From Escherichia phage ukendt: a stretch of 64,000 bases of DNA. Positions within the stretch are counted from its first letter, which is position 1. Each line of letters opens with the position of its first letter. Under the pieces are notes generated by a model. That model saw only the letters and a list, made by a program, of their open reading frames with translations. It searched no databases and was not told where the DNA came from. Where the stretch lies: the sequence record NC_052661.1; one strand, 5' to 3'. A program made the translations under genes and the position numbers. Shown in pieces: positions 55,202 to 64,000 of the stretch.

Positions 55202-55995
55202 TATTCCTCCTTTCTAATGTTCTCCAGAACCCACTGAAGTTCTTTTAAACTTAAACTTCTTACTCCCGCAGTTTTACTAGCTTCCGCTTTAAGTAACGGG
55301 TAAGCTTCAATGATACGCGTTTTAAGATCAGAAGTCAAGGCTTTTAAAAAATAGGTAGATGCTTCAGATAAAGAATCTTCTTCTGTTAGCACTTTACCTG
55401 CGCTTGCTCCGGCTCTCCTAACAGCTATGTCGTAGTCTTTGCTGTTACCTAATACGAACAGTCGATTCTCTCCTAAAACAACGGGAGAACGCTTCTGGCT
55501 GCGTTTAATCCATATTTGGAATACACAAGGAACATCCCAAGGTTCTCCATGAAGAATAAAAGATCCTTTGGGACACTCTTCTTCGTGAAGAAGATGCATA
55601 TAAGGATTTAGTTTGTGTGCAAAAAAGATTTTTTGAAATGTGCGAGGTAAGATAAAACAAATACCACCTTCGTTATCCAGCATTTCAGCACAATGGTTAA
55701 AGAACTTAATGGCAAGACTAGCGTTTTTTCCGAATGGAGGATTACCAACAAAAGCCGTTACACTACCAACAGACTCAACAGATTGAGCTAAAAAATCTGC
55801 CTCAATACAATCTTCAAACTTAGGGTCAATATCAAAAGAAGTTATGTTTTTAAAACAAGAAGAGAAAGCTCCTTCTCCCGCAGATGGTTCTACGTAGTTA
55901 GCTTCCTCTCCAAAAATTTCTTTGATCTTATCACATAAGAACCCCGCATAAGCGGGGTTAGTGTAATATTGATCAAGTGTGTTCAACTTGCTCAA
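55201..55995 (-). CDS. amino-methyltransferase (probable DNA N6-adenine or N4-cytosine methyltransferase)
   Basis: AdoMet-binding EPSAGEGAF precedes catalytic VGNPPFG (NPPF), the gamma-class motif order; 264 aa. Confidence 0.7.
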   Translation of the reverse strand: MSKLNTLDQYYTNPAYAGFLCDKIKEIFGEEANYVEPSAGEGAFSSCFKNITSFDIDPKFEDCIEADFLAQSVESVGSVTAFVGNPPFGKNASLAIKFFNHCAEMLDNEGGICFILPRTFQKIFFAHKLNPYMHLLHEEECPKGSFILHGEPWDVPCVFQIWIKRSQKRSPVVLGENRLFVLGNSKDYDIAVRRAGASAGKVLTEEDSLSEASTYFLKALTSDLKTRIIEAYPLLKAEASKTAGVRSLSLKELQWVLENIRKEE

Positions 55996-56004
55996 TAGTC
56001 CTCC

Positions 56005-56436
56005 TTAGTTGTTAGCGAACTCAATAGTGAGGTCAACTTTACCATCATCAGAAATAACCATGTTTTTGGTATTTTTAAAGATGATATCTACTTTACCTTC
56101 ACTTACACGACAGAATGCAACACCATCTGCAACTTTATCGATATAATATTTGTAAGAAAGAATACCCACTTTACTACGACCAGCACCTTTTGTGAAAGAA
56201 GGGCTTACATCGAAACGAAAACCTTTAGAAGAAACAACACGGTAAGAACGTCCAGTTGGAAGATGTTCAATAACAGAGACATTGTTCTCAACAACTTTTA
56301 CAGCAAACTCTTCAGGATGATCCTCAACAATCATGTGTGGGATGGCAAATGCCAACGCTTGTTTGTGTTTAATAACACCAGCACCCAGAGCACCAGCAGC
56401 TTTAACTTTTGCATTCAGATCGATTGTCATACGCAT
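56005..56436 (-). CDS. hypothetical protein with its own promoter
   Basis: 143-aa ORF; GGAG RBS; promoter TTGACA/TATACT immediately upstream. Confidence 0.4.
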   Translation of the reverse strand: MRMTIDLNAKVKAAGALGAGVIKHKQALAFAIPHMIVEDHPEEFAVKVVENNVSVIEHLPTGRSYRVVSSKGFRFDVSPSFTKGAGRSKVGILSYKYYIDKVADGVAFCRVSEGKVDIIFKNTKNMVISDDGKVDLTIEFANN

Positions 56437-56469
56437 TTTTACTTCTCCTCTTGTTTGGTTGATGAGACA

Positions 56470-56499
56470 AGTATAAGTCCCTTCCGCAAAGTTGTCAAC
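56470..56499 (-). promoter_or_regulatory. sigma70-like promoter on minus strand (TTGACA, 18 nt, TATACT)
   Basis: Reverse complement of 56494..56499 is TTGACA and of 56470..56475 is TATACT; lies between a terminator hairpin and the 56436 start. Confidence 0.55.
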
Positions 56500-56514
56500 A
56501 GGTATTTTTAATAA

Positions 56515-56530
56515 AAGGGCCGAAGCCCTT
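56515..56530 (-). terminator. terminator-like hairpin at the end of the primase-helicase gene
   Basis: AAGGGC-TTCG-GCCCTT on the minus strand overlapping the stop codon, followed by TTATTAAAAA. Confidence 0.45.
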
Positions 56531-58307
56531 AGTAGTTGCTATCCGTAGGTAAGTTAGCAGGGTTGTTAAAATACTGCTCTTTGTCGTGAAGAGTTGCAGT
56601 TCTAATGTCATAGTAAAACTGCCCTGCTGGACCAGTCTCCGAGAACTCACGGTTTTTTAGGATAAAGCAATGAGTTGTATTACGTTCTACAGGATCTTCA
56701 GCAGCCTTATCTCGTTCCAAAGCCAAGGTAATACCAGCACCTTTAGCCAAGAAACTACTACCCATTGCATCGTCCTCTGTTAAGTGCTCATTGCCACCAT
56801 TAGCTGACTTCTTAACGTGTGAGATGACGATAATAGTTATAGCATACTCTTTCATGATTCGCTTCAACCATGTTGCTAACTCTTCCTGGGCTTGAACATC
56901 CATACCAGAAAGCAAATCAGAATAAGGGTCGATAACAAGAATTGTTACTCCAAAATAGATGATCATCTCCAAAACTTTTTCTTTGATAGACTCCACATCT
57001 GCTCCACGATCATCACACACGTAAAAACGTGGTGATCCATCTTCTCTTTCGTAAAAATCTAGGATTTTTTCTTTATTCTCTTCCAAGATTTGAAATTTCT
57101 CTTCCGGTGTTTTCCTGTGTAGAGGAATGTGTAGGAAAGAGGATAACAGGTTACGAGAATACTTTTTATAAGTCGCTTCCAAGGACAGAATACCTAGGGT
57201 ATGTTCTGGGTGTGCAACAATAATATGTTTGGTGATCTCGTTCACCATCAAAGTTTTACCGATACTGGTCTTTGCCAGGATGACTGTAATCTCTTCCTCT
57301 ACTAAACCACCACCCAACATGTTTGCAGCAACACGCATAAAAGGAGGCAAGGTAATCATCTTGGATTCCAAGCATTCCAATGCAGCTTCATACAAGACAT
57401 TAGAAGCATAAACACCTGCTGGGGTGTATAGACGAGCACTCCAAAAAGCTTTTACGAAATCTTTTGCACGGCCTTCTTCCAGATACTGATTGGCATCCTT
57501 AAGATCCATCTGCATACGGTAGACTTTGTTACGAGGCAGCACCTTAACAATATTTTCAAATGCCTCGTTACCTGCTTTGTCGTTATCCATGCAAACAATA
57601 ATCTTCTTAAATTTTTCAAAGAAAGGATATTGTGCCTGAACTTGTTTATACATACTGGTTTCACCAGTTGTGCCACTTACTACGGCTGGAAGCTCATATT
57701 TACTGTCCAAGTTTTCAGATAGCATTTGATAAGCTGCCAGAGCATCGTGTTCACCACCTGTAATTACAACAGTATGAGAACGATCTGCAAAACGAATTTG
57801 TCCAAAAAGATCTACATCTTTACCTACTTGACCAATAGGTTTACTGAAATCTTTAGGATGAATACGACGCTTAAAACCAACCAATTCTTTACCGATGGTA
57901 GTTGGATATAAACAACTTTCTACTACCATCTGATCCCCTTCCTGACGGTATTCATAACGAACACCATAGAAAGATGAAACTTTTTCTTTAATGCCTCGAT
58001 AACCACGTGGGTTGGTTGATGTTTCTTGAACAATTTTACGATGAATCTGTTTATTAAATTCCGAACCCACAATCTCCTCCTCTTCTTCTAAAACTTCACC
58101 ATTTTCTCGTAACCATTCTACGCTAGGAATAGTGTATTCACACGCAAAGCACTTAGCACCTTTATGCTCTCCATTAGAATCTAATCCATAAACCATCAGG
58201 TTATTACGAGAGCGATCCTTGCCATTTTTCATGCAGCGCGGACAACCTGTATGTCCTTCCTTGCTAAGATCAACATCAAATCCATATTTAGTTATAATGT
58301 GCGACAC
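56529..58307 (-). CDS. bifunctional primase-helicase
   Basis: N-terminal Cys4 zinc ribbon (CPRC...CFAC), TOPRIM-like VVITGGEHDALAAYQ, helicase Walker A AKTSIGKT and Walker B ILVIDPYSD. Confidence 0.8.
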   Translation of the reverse strand: MSHIITKYGFDVDLSKEGHTGCPRCMKNGKDRSRNNLMVYGLDSNGEHKGAKCFACEYTIPSVEWLRENGEVLEEEEEIVGSEFNKQIHRKIVQETSTNPRGYRGIKEKVSSFYGVRYEYRQEGDQMVVESCLYPTTIGKELVGFKRRIHPKDFSKPIGQVGKDVDLFGQIRFADRSHTVVITGGEHDALAAYQMLSENLDSKYELPAVVSGTTGETSMYKQVQAQYPFFEKFKKIIVCMDNDKAGNEAFENIVKVLPRNKVYRMQMDLKDANQYLEEGRAKDFVKAFWSARLYTPAGVYASNVLYEAALECLESKMITLPPFMRVAANMLGGGLVEEEITVILAKTSIGKTLMVNEITKHIIVAHPEHTLGILSLEATYKKYSRNLLSSFLHIPLHRKTPEEKFQILEENKEKILDFYEREDGSPRFYVCDDRGADVESIKEKVLEMIIYFGVTILVIDPYSDLLSGMDVQAQEELATWLKRIMKEYAITIIVISHVKKSANGGNEHLTEDDAMGSSFLAKGAGITLALERDKAAEDPVERNTTHCFILKNREFSETGPAGQFYYDIRTATLHDKEQYFNNPANLPTDSNY

Positions 58308-58319
58308 TTTGTTCTCCTG

Positions 58320-58598
58320 TTAAAATGGTTCGTTAGTCTCCATCATATATTCTGCTTCTAGTTCTTCCATGTGCTTTCTAAATTGGAAAGCAATTTCTGC
58401 TACAGTTACATTTAAATCTTTTTCAAAAACTTCTGTAGATCCTTCATAAAAACGAATACCGTCAATTAAAAGCCCTCCGTGGTAATCCCAATCGCTTTCA
58501 CGAGAAAGTGGATTAGGTTCTTCATAATAGTAATCCACCTCCACGACCAAGGCTTTCCCGTTACGAGTGGTGTATTCAAAATCAAAAGTGTTAATCAT
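58320..58598 (-). CDS. hypothetical small protein with acidic-aromatic C-terminus
   Basis: 92 aa ending EAEYMMETNEPF. Confidence 0.35.
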   Translation of the reverse strand: MINTFDFEYTTRNGKALVVEVDYYYEEPNPLSRESDWDYHGGLLIDGIRFYEGSTEVFEKDLNVTVAEIAFQFRKHMEELEAEYMMETNEPF

Positions 58599-59542
58599 TA
58601 TAGCTCCTCAAATAAAAGTCTACGACGCTCATTCAACACATCAATGTGATAATGAGTCCTGACATACTTAGCTAATGCTAATCCTTTCTCCATGCAAACA
58701 TCGGGAGCACTTAATAAGTATTCCGTAATATCTTTCCACTCGGAAGGTGTTTCAGCAAAGAATAACAAATCTTTAAACTCTTGTGTATGATAATTCTCAC
58801 GAGGAGAGCAGATTAAAGGTAAACCCTTAGCACCTGCCTCAAGAATTTTAAGATTGCTTTTTGCATTATTAAACACGTTATCGATCAATGGTGCAAGACT
58901 GATTTGATGACCATCGTAAGATTCCATGTAGTTGGCATATGGTCTTACACCTTCATAAACACAAGTTGGTGCTACATTTTCCCTGATTAAAGACCATTCA
59001 CGACTACTTAAAACTTCAGAATCCCTACGAAAACCACATATTGTAAGATCTTTACCAAAATCGGGCAAGATAGCCAAATCTTGTTTATGTGTTTCACTTC
59101 CAGCCCAGACTAATGGAGTTTTGGAGTAGCGATCACGGGTCAACACAAATTGACCTTCATCGTAAGGAAGTCCATTAGGGATTATGTGCACATTATCATT
59201 GTATTGTGAAAGTTCAACTTGCAAGGCAGGTGTCGTAGTTGTAACAAGATCACTGTGCTCTAAAAACCATTTTAAATGTTCACGAATACCTGATTCAAAA
59301 ATACCTTCTAACATGTGTCCTTTTGGAATAACTAAAGAGTCATCCAAATCCATAACCATTTTAAAGCCCAGGTTTTTAAGGGCTAAAAAGCCCTCTTTAC
59401 CTTTTGTTGGCACTCCGTTAAAAACGAAAACGTTGTGTTTAGGTTGTGAAGAGAACTGCCTTGAGTAAGGCAGCACTACCCTATGGAAATCGCAGACACT
59501 ATAATTGATTCCGTTACGATTGTCAAGAATTATTTGTCCCAT
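58598..59542 (-). CDS. glycosyltransferase (GT-B-like), paralogue 1
   Basis: 314 aa; TPLVWAGSETH and KSNLKILEAGAKGLPLICS resemble the donor-binding C-terminal half of GT-B enzymes; paralogous to next gene. Confidence 0.55.
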   Translation of the reverse strand: MGQIILDNRNGINYSVCDFHRVVLPYSRQFSSQPKHNVFVFNGVPTKGKEGFLALKNLGFKMVMDLDDSLVIPKGHMLEGIFESGIREHLKWFLEHSDLVTTTTPALQVELSQYNDNVHIIPNGLPYDEGQFVLTRDRYSKTPLVWAGSETHKQDLAILPDFGKDLTICGFRRDSEVLSSREWSLIRENVAPTCVYEGVRPYANYMESYDGHQISLAPLIDNVFNNAKSNLKILEAGAKGLPLICSPRENYHTQEFKDLLFFAETPSEWKDITEYLLSAPDVCMEKGLALAKYVRTHYHIDVLNERRRLLFEEL

Positions 59543-59549
59543 ACTTCAC

Positions 59550-60497
59550 CTACAAACTTTCAATAACCTGGCGTCGCAATTCGTTTGCATCTGCCAGATT
59601 ATAATGTGTTCGAACATGTTCCGCTAAGAACAAGCCGCGATCTTCCCGATAGTTCGGATTGCGAAGAAGCTTAACAATTTCGTAATGCCATTCAGCTTTA
59701 TTCTCTGCGTAAGCAACAGCGCGAGCATCTACAGGGTTAAAATAAGGTAATACCTTAGAACAAACAATCGGAATACCTTTTGCCCCAGCTTCAAGGATTT
59801 TGAGATTACTTTTACAATTATTAAAATCATTGTCTACCAAAGGAGCTATAGCAATAGCATGACTTTCGTAAACACTCATGTAATTATCTAAATCTTTTAC
59901 AGCAGCTTTATATTTGGCGTTTGGTAAATTTCTACGGATCTTAATCCACTCTTGCCCTGTGATACTCTGCGATGCTTCATATCCTGCAATAGTAAGAAGT
60001 TCATCATCGAAAGTATTAGAGACTAGTCGTAAATCGGGTTCGTGACTAGCACCGCCAGCCCATACAACAGGGGTACCGGATGAACGATCATTTGACAAAG
60101 TGAATTGTCCGCTATCAAAAGGAAGTGCATTTCGGATCACAACAACATTCCTATTTAAGTGACGGATTTTATATGCCAAATATTCCGTAGTCACAATGAC
60201 CACATCGGCAAGCTTAACCATAGCTACAATAGCATGAGTGTTTGACTCATATAAACTTGCTAAATAATGTTCTGGATTAAGTTGGTAGAAATCATCTAAA
60301 TCTACAACAATCTTAACACCTTGACGTTTCAGGGACAGAACATATTCTGCCCCTTTAGAATGAATACGGTTAAACACGACAACATCTTTCTTAGGCTGAA
60401 AATTATTGTTGTTAAATGGTATAACAATACGATGATAATCACAACCACTGTGAGGTTTTGCATCAATTTTCAGTTTAGTCCATTTTTTATTTGACAT
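59550..60497 (-). CDS. glycosyltransferase (GT-B-like), paralogue 2 (start refined from track start 60536)
   Basis: TPVVWAGGASH and KSNLKILEAGAKGIPIVCS; internal ATG 60497 has an AGGAGG RBS and aligns with the paralogue N-terminus. Confidence 0.55.
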   Translation of the reverse strand: MSNKKWTKLKIDAKPHSGCDYHRIVIPFNNNNFQPKKDVVVFNRIHSKGAEYVLSLKRQGVKIVVDLDDFYQLNPEHYLASLYESNTHAIVAMVKLADVVIVTTEYLAYKIRHLNRNVVVIRNALPFDSGQFTLSNDRSSGTPVVWAGGASHEPDLRLVSNTFDDELLTIAGYEASQSITGQEWIKIRRNLPNAKYKAAVKDLDNYMSVYESHAIAIAPLVDNDFNNCKSNLKILEAGAKGIPIVCSKVLPYFNPVDARAVAYAENKAEWHYEIVKLLRNPNYREDRGLFLAEHVRTHYNLADANELRRQVIESL

Positions 60498-61170
60498 GTG
60501 CCAGTGCCTCCTCATAAGAAATTCGGATTTTCCCATTTTTAATATCTTCTAAAGACGCTTTATATTCTTCCCAGTTAATGCCAATAGCAGCTTCTTTCTC
60601 TTCTTTTGTCAGATTAGCAAAAGGCATAGGATTGTTTCCAAAAACATCGTCTGGGTGGATATAAGCCATGATACGAAGTGGACAAGGTATTGCCTGAATG
60701 CCCTGATTCAAACCAGCAGCTTTCAAACGGTGTACCCATTCAGCATCTTCAAAACCATAGCCGTGAGTGTAAGGGCGGAAATAACCCATCTTCTCAATAA
60801 CGGCACGAGAATACATTGCAAATTGACACATTGCAAGTTCCCAGAGAATAACTTCTCCTTTACTCCCAACAACTTTATCTTTGAAATACTCCGGCATACC
60901 AAAGAAATCCCATCCTCCAGAGACAGCTTGATCTACAAAATATGTTTCCCATCCCTCCATGATTGGGTAGCAATCGTCGTCAAAAATAAACCAATAATCA
61001 TAACCTTCTTCATAAAACTGGTGCATAAGTTCATTCCTGGCGTAAGCTACACCTTTACGATCTGGATCGTTGAATACTCGAAAATCTGCATGTGGATCTG
61101 TTACAAGGTAGTCTTTAAGTGGACGGACACCTACAGTGATAACACCCACTCCGATTTTAATATTTTCCAT
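60487..61170 (-). CDS. glycosyltransferase (GT-A-like, DxD motif)
   Basis: 227 aa; YDYWFIFDDDCYP acidic DxD-type motif. Confidence 0.5.
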   Translation of the reverse strand: MENIKIGVGVITVGVRPLKDYLVTDPHADFRVFNDPDRKGVAYARNELMHQFYEEGYDYWFIFDDDCYPIMEGWETYFVDQAVSGGWDFFGMPEYFKDKVVGSKGEVILWELAMCQFAMYSRAVIEKMGYFRPYTHGYGFEDAEWVHRLKAAGLNQGIQAIPCPLRIMAYIHPDDVFGNNPMPFANLTKEEKEAAIGINWEEYKASLEDIKNGKIRISYEEALAHVK

Positions 61171-61178
61171 TTTCTCTC

Positions 61179-61742
61179 CTAAATAGTTTTACTGTGATCG
61201 TGACAGTGTAATAAATGATGTATAGACCGTTGAGGATTTGTTTGACCTAATCTGTAAATGTGAAACAGATACATTCCCCGCATCAATCCTAACCTCTTTC
61301 CTTTTTCATGTAAAGTGCGAGAGAAAATTAAGTCGAATTGGATAGATTTTTCTTCGAAAGGAATTTCATTCCACAATGATTTTCTAAAAAGCAAAAAGAA
61401 ACCTGCCAGAGGTGTTCCGAAAGGAACTTCTTCAACACTCACTTTATGATATTCTCTTGCAATCTTAGCATATTTTATATGGTTTAGAATGTCTGGATCA
61501 TCGTTAATTTGGTTAGAGAAAAGCTGATAACCACTACCTAACCTGTTACAAGTTGCACCTATTACATCAAAAGGCGGGTTTGACATAACAAGCTCTTCAA
61601 GCATAGATGGTTGATCAGGCAGGAGGAACATTGTATCGGTATCTCTTAAACACACCCAACTATCATCTGGAAGAACGGCAATAGCTTCATTGATAGCCTT
61701 GCCGATATTTCCTGTCAGATAGGGAGTAATATAATAAATCAT
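61179..61742 (-). CDS. putative glycosyltransferase (small GT-A-like)
   Basis: 187 aa; VCLRDTDTMF acidic motif; first gene of the four-gene block. Confidence 0.4.
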   Translation of the reverse strand: MIYYITPYLTGNIGKAINEAIAVLPDDSWVCLRDTDTMFLLPDQPSMLEELVMSNPPFDVIGATCNRLGSGYQLFSNQINDDPDILNHIKYAKIAREYHKVSVEEVPFGTPLAGFFLLFRKSLWNEIPFEEKSIQFDLIFSRTLHEKGKRLGLMRGMYLFHIYRLGQTNPQRSIHHLLHCHDHSKTI

Positions 61743-61758
61743 TCTCCCCTCCGTTATA

Positions 61759-61950
61759 TTAACTGTCAGCTACAATCCCACGTTTAATCATTTCTTGTTG
61801 GATTTGGATGACACGATCTCGTGCTTCCATATATTCTTTAAAAGATTCTTGGAGATGGTCACGAGCTACATCCCGTAGTTTAATCAGTTTGTCGTTTGTC
61901 ACTTCTTGAAGAGAGATTTCGCCAGTTTCATTGGTCCCAAGCGTTTTCAT
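61759..61950 (-). CDS. hypothetical small protein
   Basis: 63-aa helical, charged ORF. Confidence 0.3.
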   Translation of the reverse strand: MKTLGTNETGEISLQEVTNDKLIKLRDVARDHLQESFKEYMEARDRVIQIQQEMIKRGIVADS

Positions 61951-62206
61951 TTACAACCTCCTTAATAGCTACTGCACAGTTCTTACAAATACATTGACCT
62001 TTGTTCTTAGAAATTTCAATGTAAGGTTCATTTTCGTTTTCTCCGCGTCGTGAATCGTATATTACAGTATTGAAGCAGACAACGCAAATGTTTTTAATAA
62101 CGACATATTTTTGCACTTTTTGCTTAGTGCGAAAATTGACTTCAATGACTTCTCCCATCAGTGAATCTCCCCTAAAATGTTGTTTTGAGACATTACTGCG
62201 GAGCAT
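61928..62206 (-). CDS. zinc-ribbon-like small protein
   Basis: 92 aa with CVVC...CICKNC pattern. Confidence 0.35.
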   Translation of the reverse strand: MLRSNVSKQHFRGDSLMGEVIEVNFRTKQKVQKYVVIKNICVVCFNTVIYDSRRGENENEPYIEISKNKGQCICKNCAVAIKEVVNENAWDQ

Positions 62207-62505
62207 TCTACAGCATCATGAGTCCTTGCAAAACGCTCCCACAGCACAGCATCTACTTTAAGAACCATACAAGGATAAATACTGTCGTTGATCATATCAA
62301 TGCTATATTTATCTACATCCTTTTCATCTTCCATAAACAAAGTAGCGTATGCTTCCAAATGTTTATGGGTGTAGTATACGTCCTCTTCGGTAAGACCGAC
62401 AACCAGGTAACTTGCTACAACAACAGTATTATCTTCTTGCATTTTAACTCCCCTTTGGTAGATAGAAACCATGCACTTTATCTCGATAAACAAGACGCAT
62501 ATCAC
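62158..62505 (-). CDS. hypothetical protein (may start at the internal Met after the endolysin stop)
   Basis: 115-aa track ORF overlaps the endolysin 3' end by ~60 nt. Confidence 0.3.
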   Translation of the reverse strand: MICVLFIEIKCMVSIYQRGVKMQEDNTVVVASYLVVGLTEEDVYYTHKHLEAYATLFMEDEKDVDKYSIDMINDSIYPCMVLKVDAVLWERFARTHDAVECSAVMSQNNILGEIH

Positions 62506-62965
62506 GCTCCCAGTGTGTCCTTATATTCCGTTTCTTGAAGTATAGAGCACCTTTAGTAACATCTAAAACAGACCGCAATTCAGGAAAATGTTTCTCTAAA
62601 TAAAGTAAACGTTCCGCTATTGCTTTTGCTTCCTGCCACTTATCTTTCTCTGTTACGTTAAAAGTTTTCGCATATGAGAATTGCCCTTTCTGGAACAAGA
62701 CTCCTCTGACTGTGTTAGGGAAGTATGTATCATTTCTTCTGTTGATTACTACATTCCCAACGGCATTCATTCCTTTTTTACCCAGACCTCGACCTTCTGC
62801 GTAAATTGCACAAGCTAATAGAATTTTATCATTATATTGCTTTGTACATTTGTGAACTACTTTAGCGGTTTTTACGTTTGCAGCTTCGGCTTTCGCCACA
62901 ACAGGTGTAAATGTAAAAGCAGTTAAGGATAGTAACGCAACTGTTACAAAGTTTTTTATCAGCAA
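62444..62965 (-). CDS. endolysin, SleB/CwlJ-type cell-wall hydrolase with N-terminal signal sequence
   Basis: N-terminal hydrophobic leader ending AKA-EA; mature region contains LLACAIYAEGRG...VGNVVINR...VLFQKGQFSY. Confidence 0.65.
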   Translation of the reverse strand: MLIKNFVTVALLSLTAFTFTPVVAKAEAANVKTAKVVHKCTKQYNDKILLACAIYAEGRGLGKKGMNAVGNVVINRRNDTYFPNTVRGVLFQKGQFSYAKTFNVTEKDKWQEAKAIAERLLYLEKHFPELRSVLDVTKGALYFKKRNIRTHWERDMRLVYRDKVHGFYLPKGS

Positions 62966-63066
62966 ATTTTGCCTCCTTTTTAAGTTAACGAATTTCTAGT
63001 ATAACACGATAGAGGCTTTATTGCAAGAGGGGGATTTCTCCCCCCCTCAAAATCATTTGTTAATTA

Positions 63067-63669
63067 TTATGGACATTCATACCATTCTTTTTTACCACCG
63101 AAGGCCATCACCACATCACAAATATCCAGACCAGCTTTACCTACACCATATGCTTTCAGCTTCCATTCCCCATCTTCACGAACCAAGGAAGCCACGTGGC
63201 AGATTGTGTTGCCAGCTACTTCAGGAGCCAGGAAGTCAAAATCCAGAATTTCCACATTGCGCTCGGAGTCGAAGATTTTAAGCATACCTTCAGAAGCATG
63301 ACCAAAACGTTTCAGACCTGTATCATCATCAATGGTCAGAACAAAGGCAATCTCTTGTGCATCAGGAGAGATTTTAGCCAGAGTAATATCAATCTGCTCC
63401 ATGCTGCCAGTTCCATCACGAACATCATCACCAGCAAAGGTAGAACGTTCAGGATCAAACTTGTTAGCATAGCAAACCAGATGACGTGCAGACAGCATTT
63501 CAGGATTGCCAGCGGCATTGTGACGACAAACCAGTGCACTTACATCCAGATCCAGTTTAGAATCAGATTTCCAAGAGAATTCCAGGCGCAGTTCTTTCAG
63601 AGCCGGAGCAACTTTCTTCAGGGAAATTTTTTCGCTAGAGCCTTTTTTCAGGGAAATTTTATCAGTCAT
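63067..63669 (-). CDS. TerD-family protein
   Basis: 200 aa; ISLKKGSSEKISLKK N-terminal repeat, LDLDVSA, FVLTIDDD and GEWKLKAYGVGKAGL align with hallmark segments of bacterial TerD. Confidence 0.7.
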   Translation of the reverse strand: MTDKISLKKGSSEKISLKKVAPALKELRLEFSWKSDSKLDLDVSALVCRHNAAGNPEMLSARHLVCYANKFDPERSTFAGDDVRDGTGSMEQIDITLAKISPDAQEIAFVLTIDDDTGLKRFGHASEGMLKIFDSERNVEILDFDFLAPEVAGNTICHVASLVREDGEWKLKAYGVGKAGLDICDVVMAFGGKKEWYECP

Positions 63670-63684
63670 CTTTTGTCTCCTCTA

Positions 63685-63954
63685 TTATTTAAGTGTAATA
63701 CCAGTTACAGTCAATTCTACTTCCAAAAGCTTAGATGTGTTTTGGATTGATACTAATTGTGCATGATGGTTTAGTTCTACAGCAGAATAATCATTTTCCC
63801 CATCGTCTACTTTTAAATAAACAATGATTTCACTAAGATCTAAACCATTTTCGTCAAATGCATTTTCATAGACGAAAGTATCTCCTACATCCAAATCTTT
63901 AATGGTAAGGCATCGTTTATTTACTTTTTGCTCATCAATTTCGAAGTTTAACAC
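63685..63954 (-). CDS. hypothetical protein
   Basis: 89-aa acidic ORF at the window edge. Confidence 0.35.
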   Translation of the reverse strand: MLNFEIDEQKVNKRCLTIKDLDVGDTFVYENAFDENGLDLSEIIVYLKVDDGENDYSAVELNHHAQLVSIQNTSKLLEVELTVTGITLK

Positions 63955-64000
63955 TTCTTCCTCCTAATGTTATCTCCGGTTTGTATATACGAAGAATTAT

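Noticed and set aside
60655-61182. 175-aa plus-strand ORF opposite the GT-A glycosyltransferase gene
   Set aside because: Antisense shadow ORF; the minus-strand frame carries the DxD motif and is translationally coupled to its neighbours.
63196-63750. 184-aa plus-strand ORF opposite the TerD-family gene
   Set aside because: Antisense to an ORF with clear TerD-family segments.
1-64000. Prophage/lysogeny module (integrase, repressor, attachment site next to the tRNA array)
   Set aside because: No ORF with integrase or repressor character was recognised; the tRNA genes form a phage-style multi-promoter array rather than a single host tRNA integration target. The window is partial, so absence is not proof.

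Overview
This 64 kb window reads as a contiguous piece of a tailed dsDNA bacteriophage genome, probably a virulent contractile-tailed phage of a Gram-negative host (overlapped spanin pair with a lipobox, sigma70-type promoters, no integrase or repressor seen). All calls come from reading the sequence and the six-frame translations by eye; no database search or RNA-folding program was run. Layout: (1) 1-5343, a minus-strand block of small early genes ending in a kinase / RNA-ligase-like / metallophosphoesterase cassette; (2) 5344-5825, an AT-rich divergent control region with GTACT iterons; (3) 6805-8725, an array of about 12 tRNA genes plus two tRNA-like remnants, with three internal promoters; (4) 8933-49017, the plus-strand structural module: spanins, large terminase (split by a mini-intein in its P-loop), portal, scaffold, decoration, major capsid, neck, sheath-like and tube proteins, chaperone with a -1 frameshift, tape measure, baseplate, and at least seven fibre/spike genes; (5) 49074-63954, a minus-strand replication and modification module: SSB, a CCA-adding-like nucleotidyltransferase, a family-A DNA polymerase split by a LAGLIDADG intein, an amino-methyltransferase, primase-helicase, four glycosyltransferases, a signal-peptide endolysin and a TerD-family protein. 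The strongest candidates for something new are the four-glycosyltransferase cluster beside the replication genes, the two inteins that both end in Gly-Asn, and the combined tRNA-maintenance gene set (RNA-repair cassette, tRNA array with an anticodon-variant tRNA, CCA-like enzyme).
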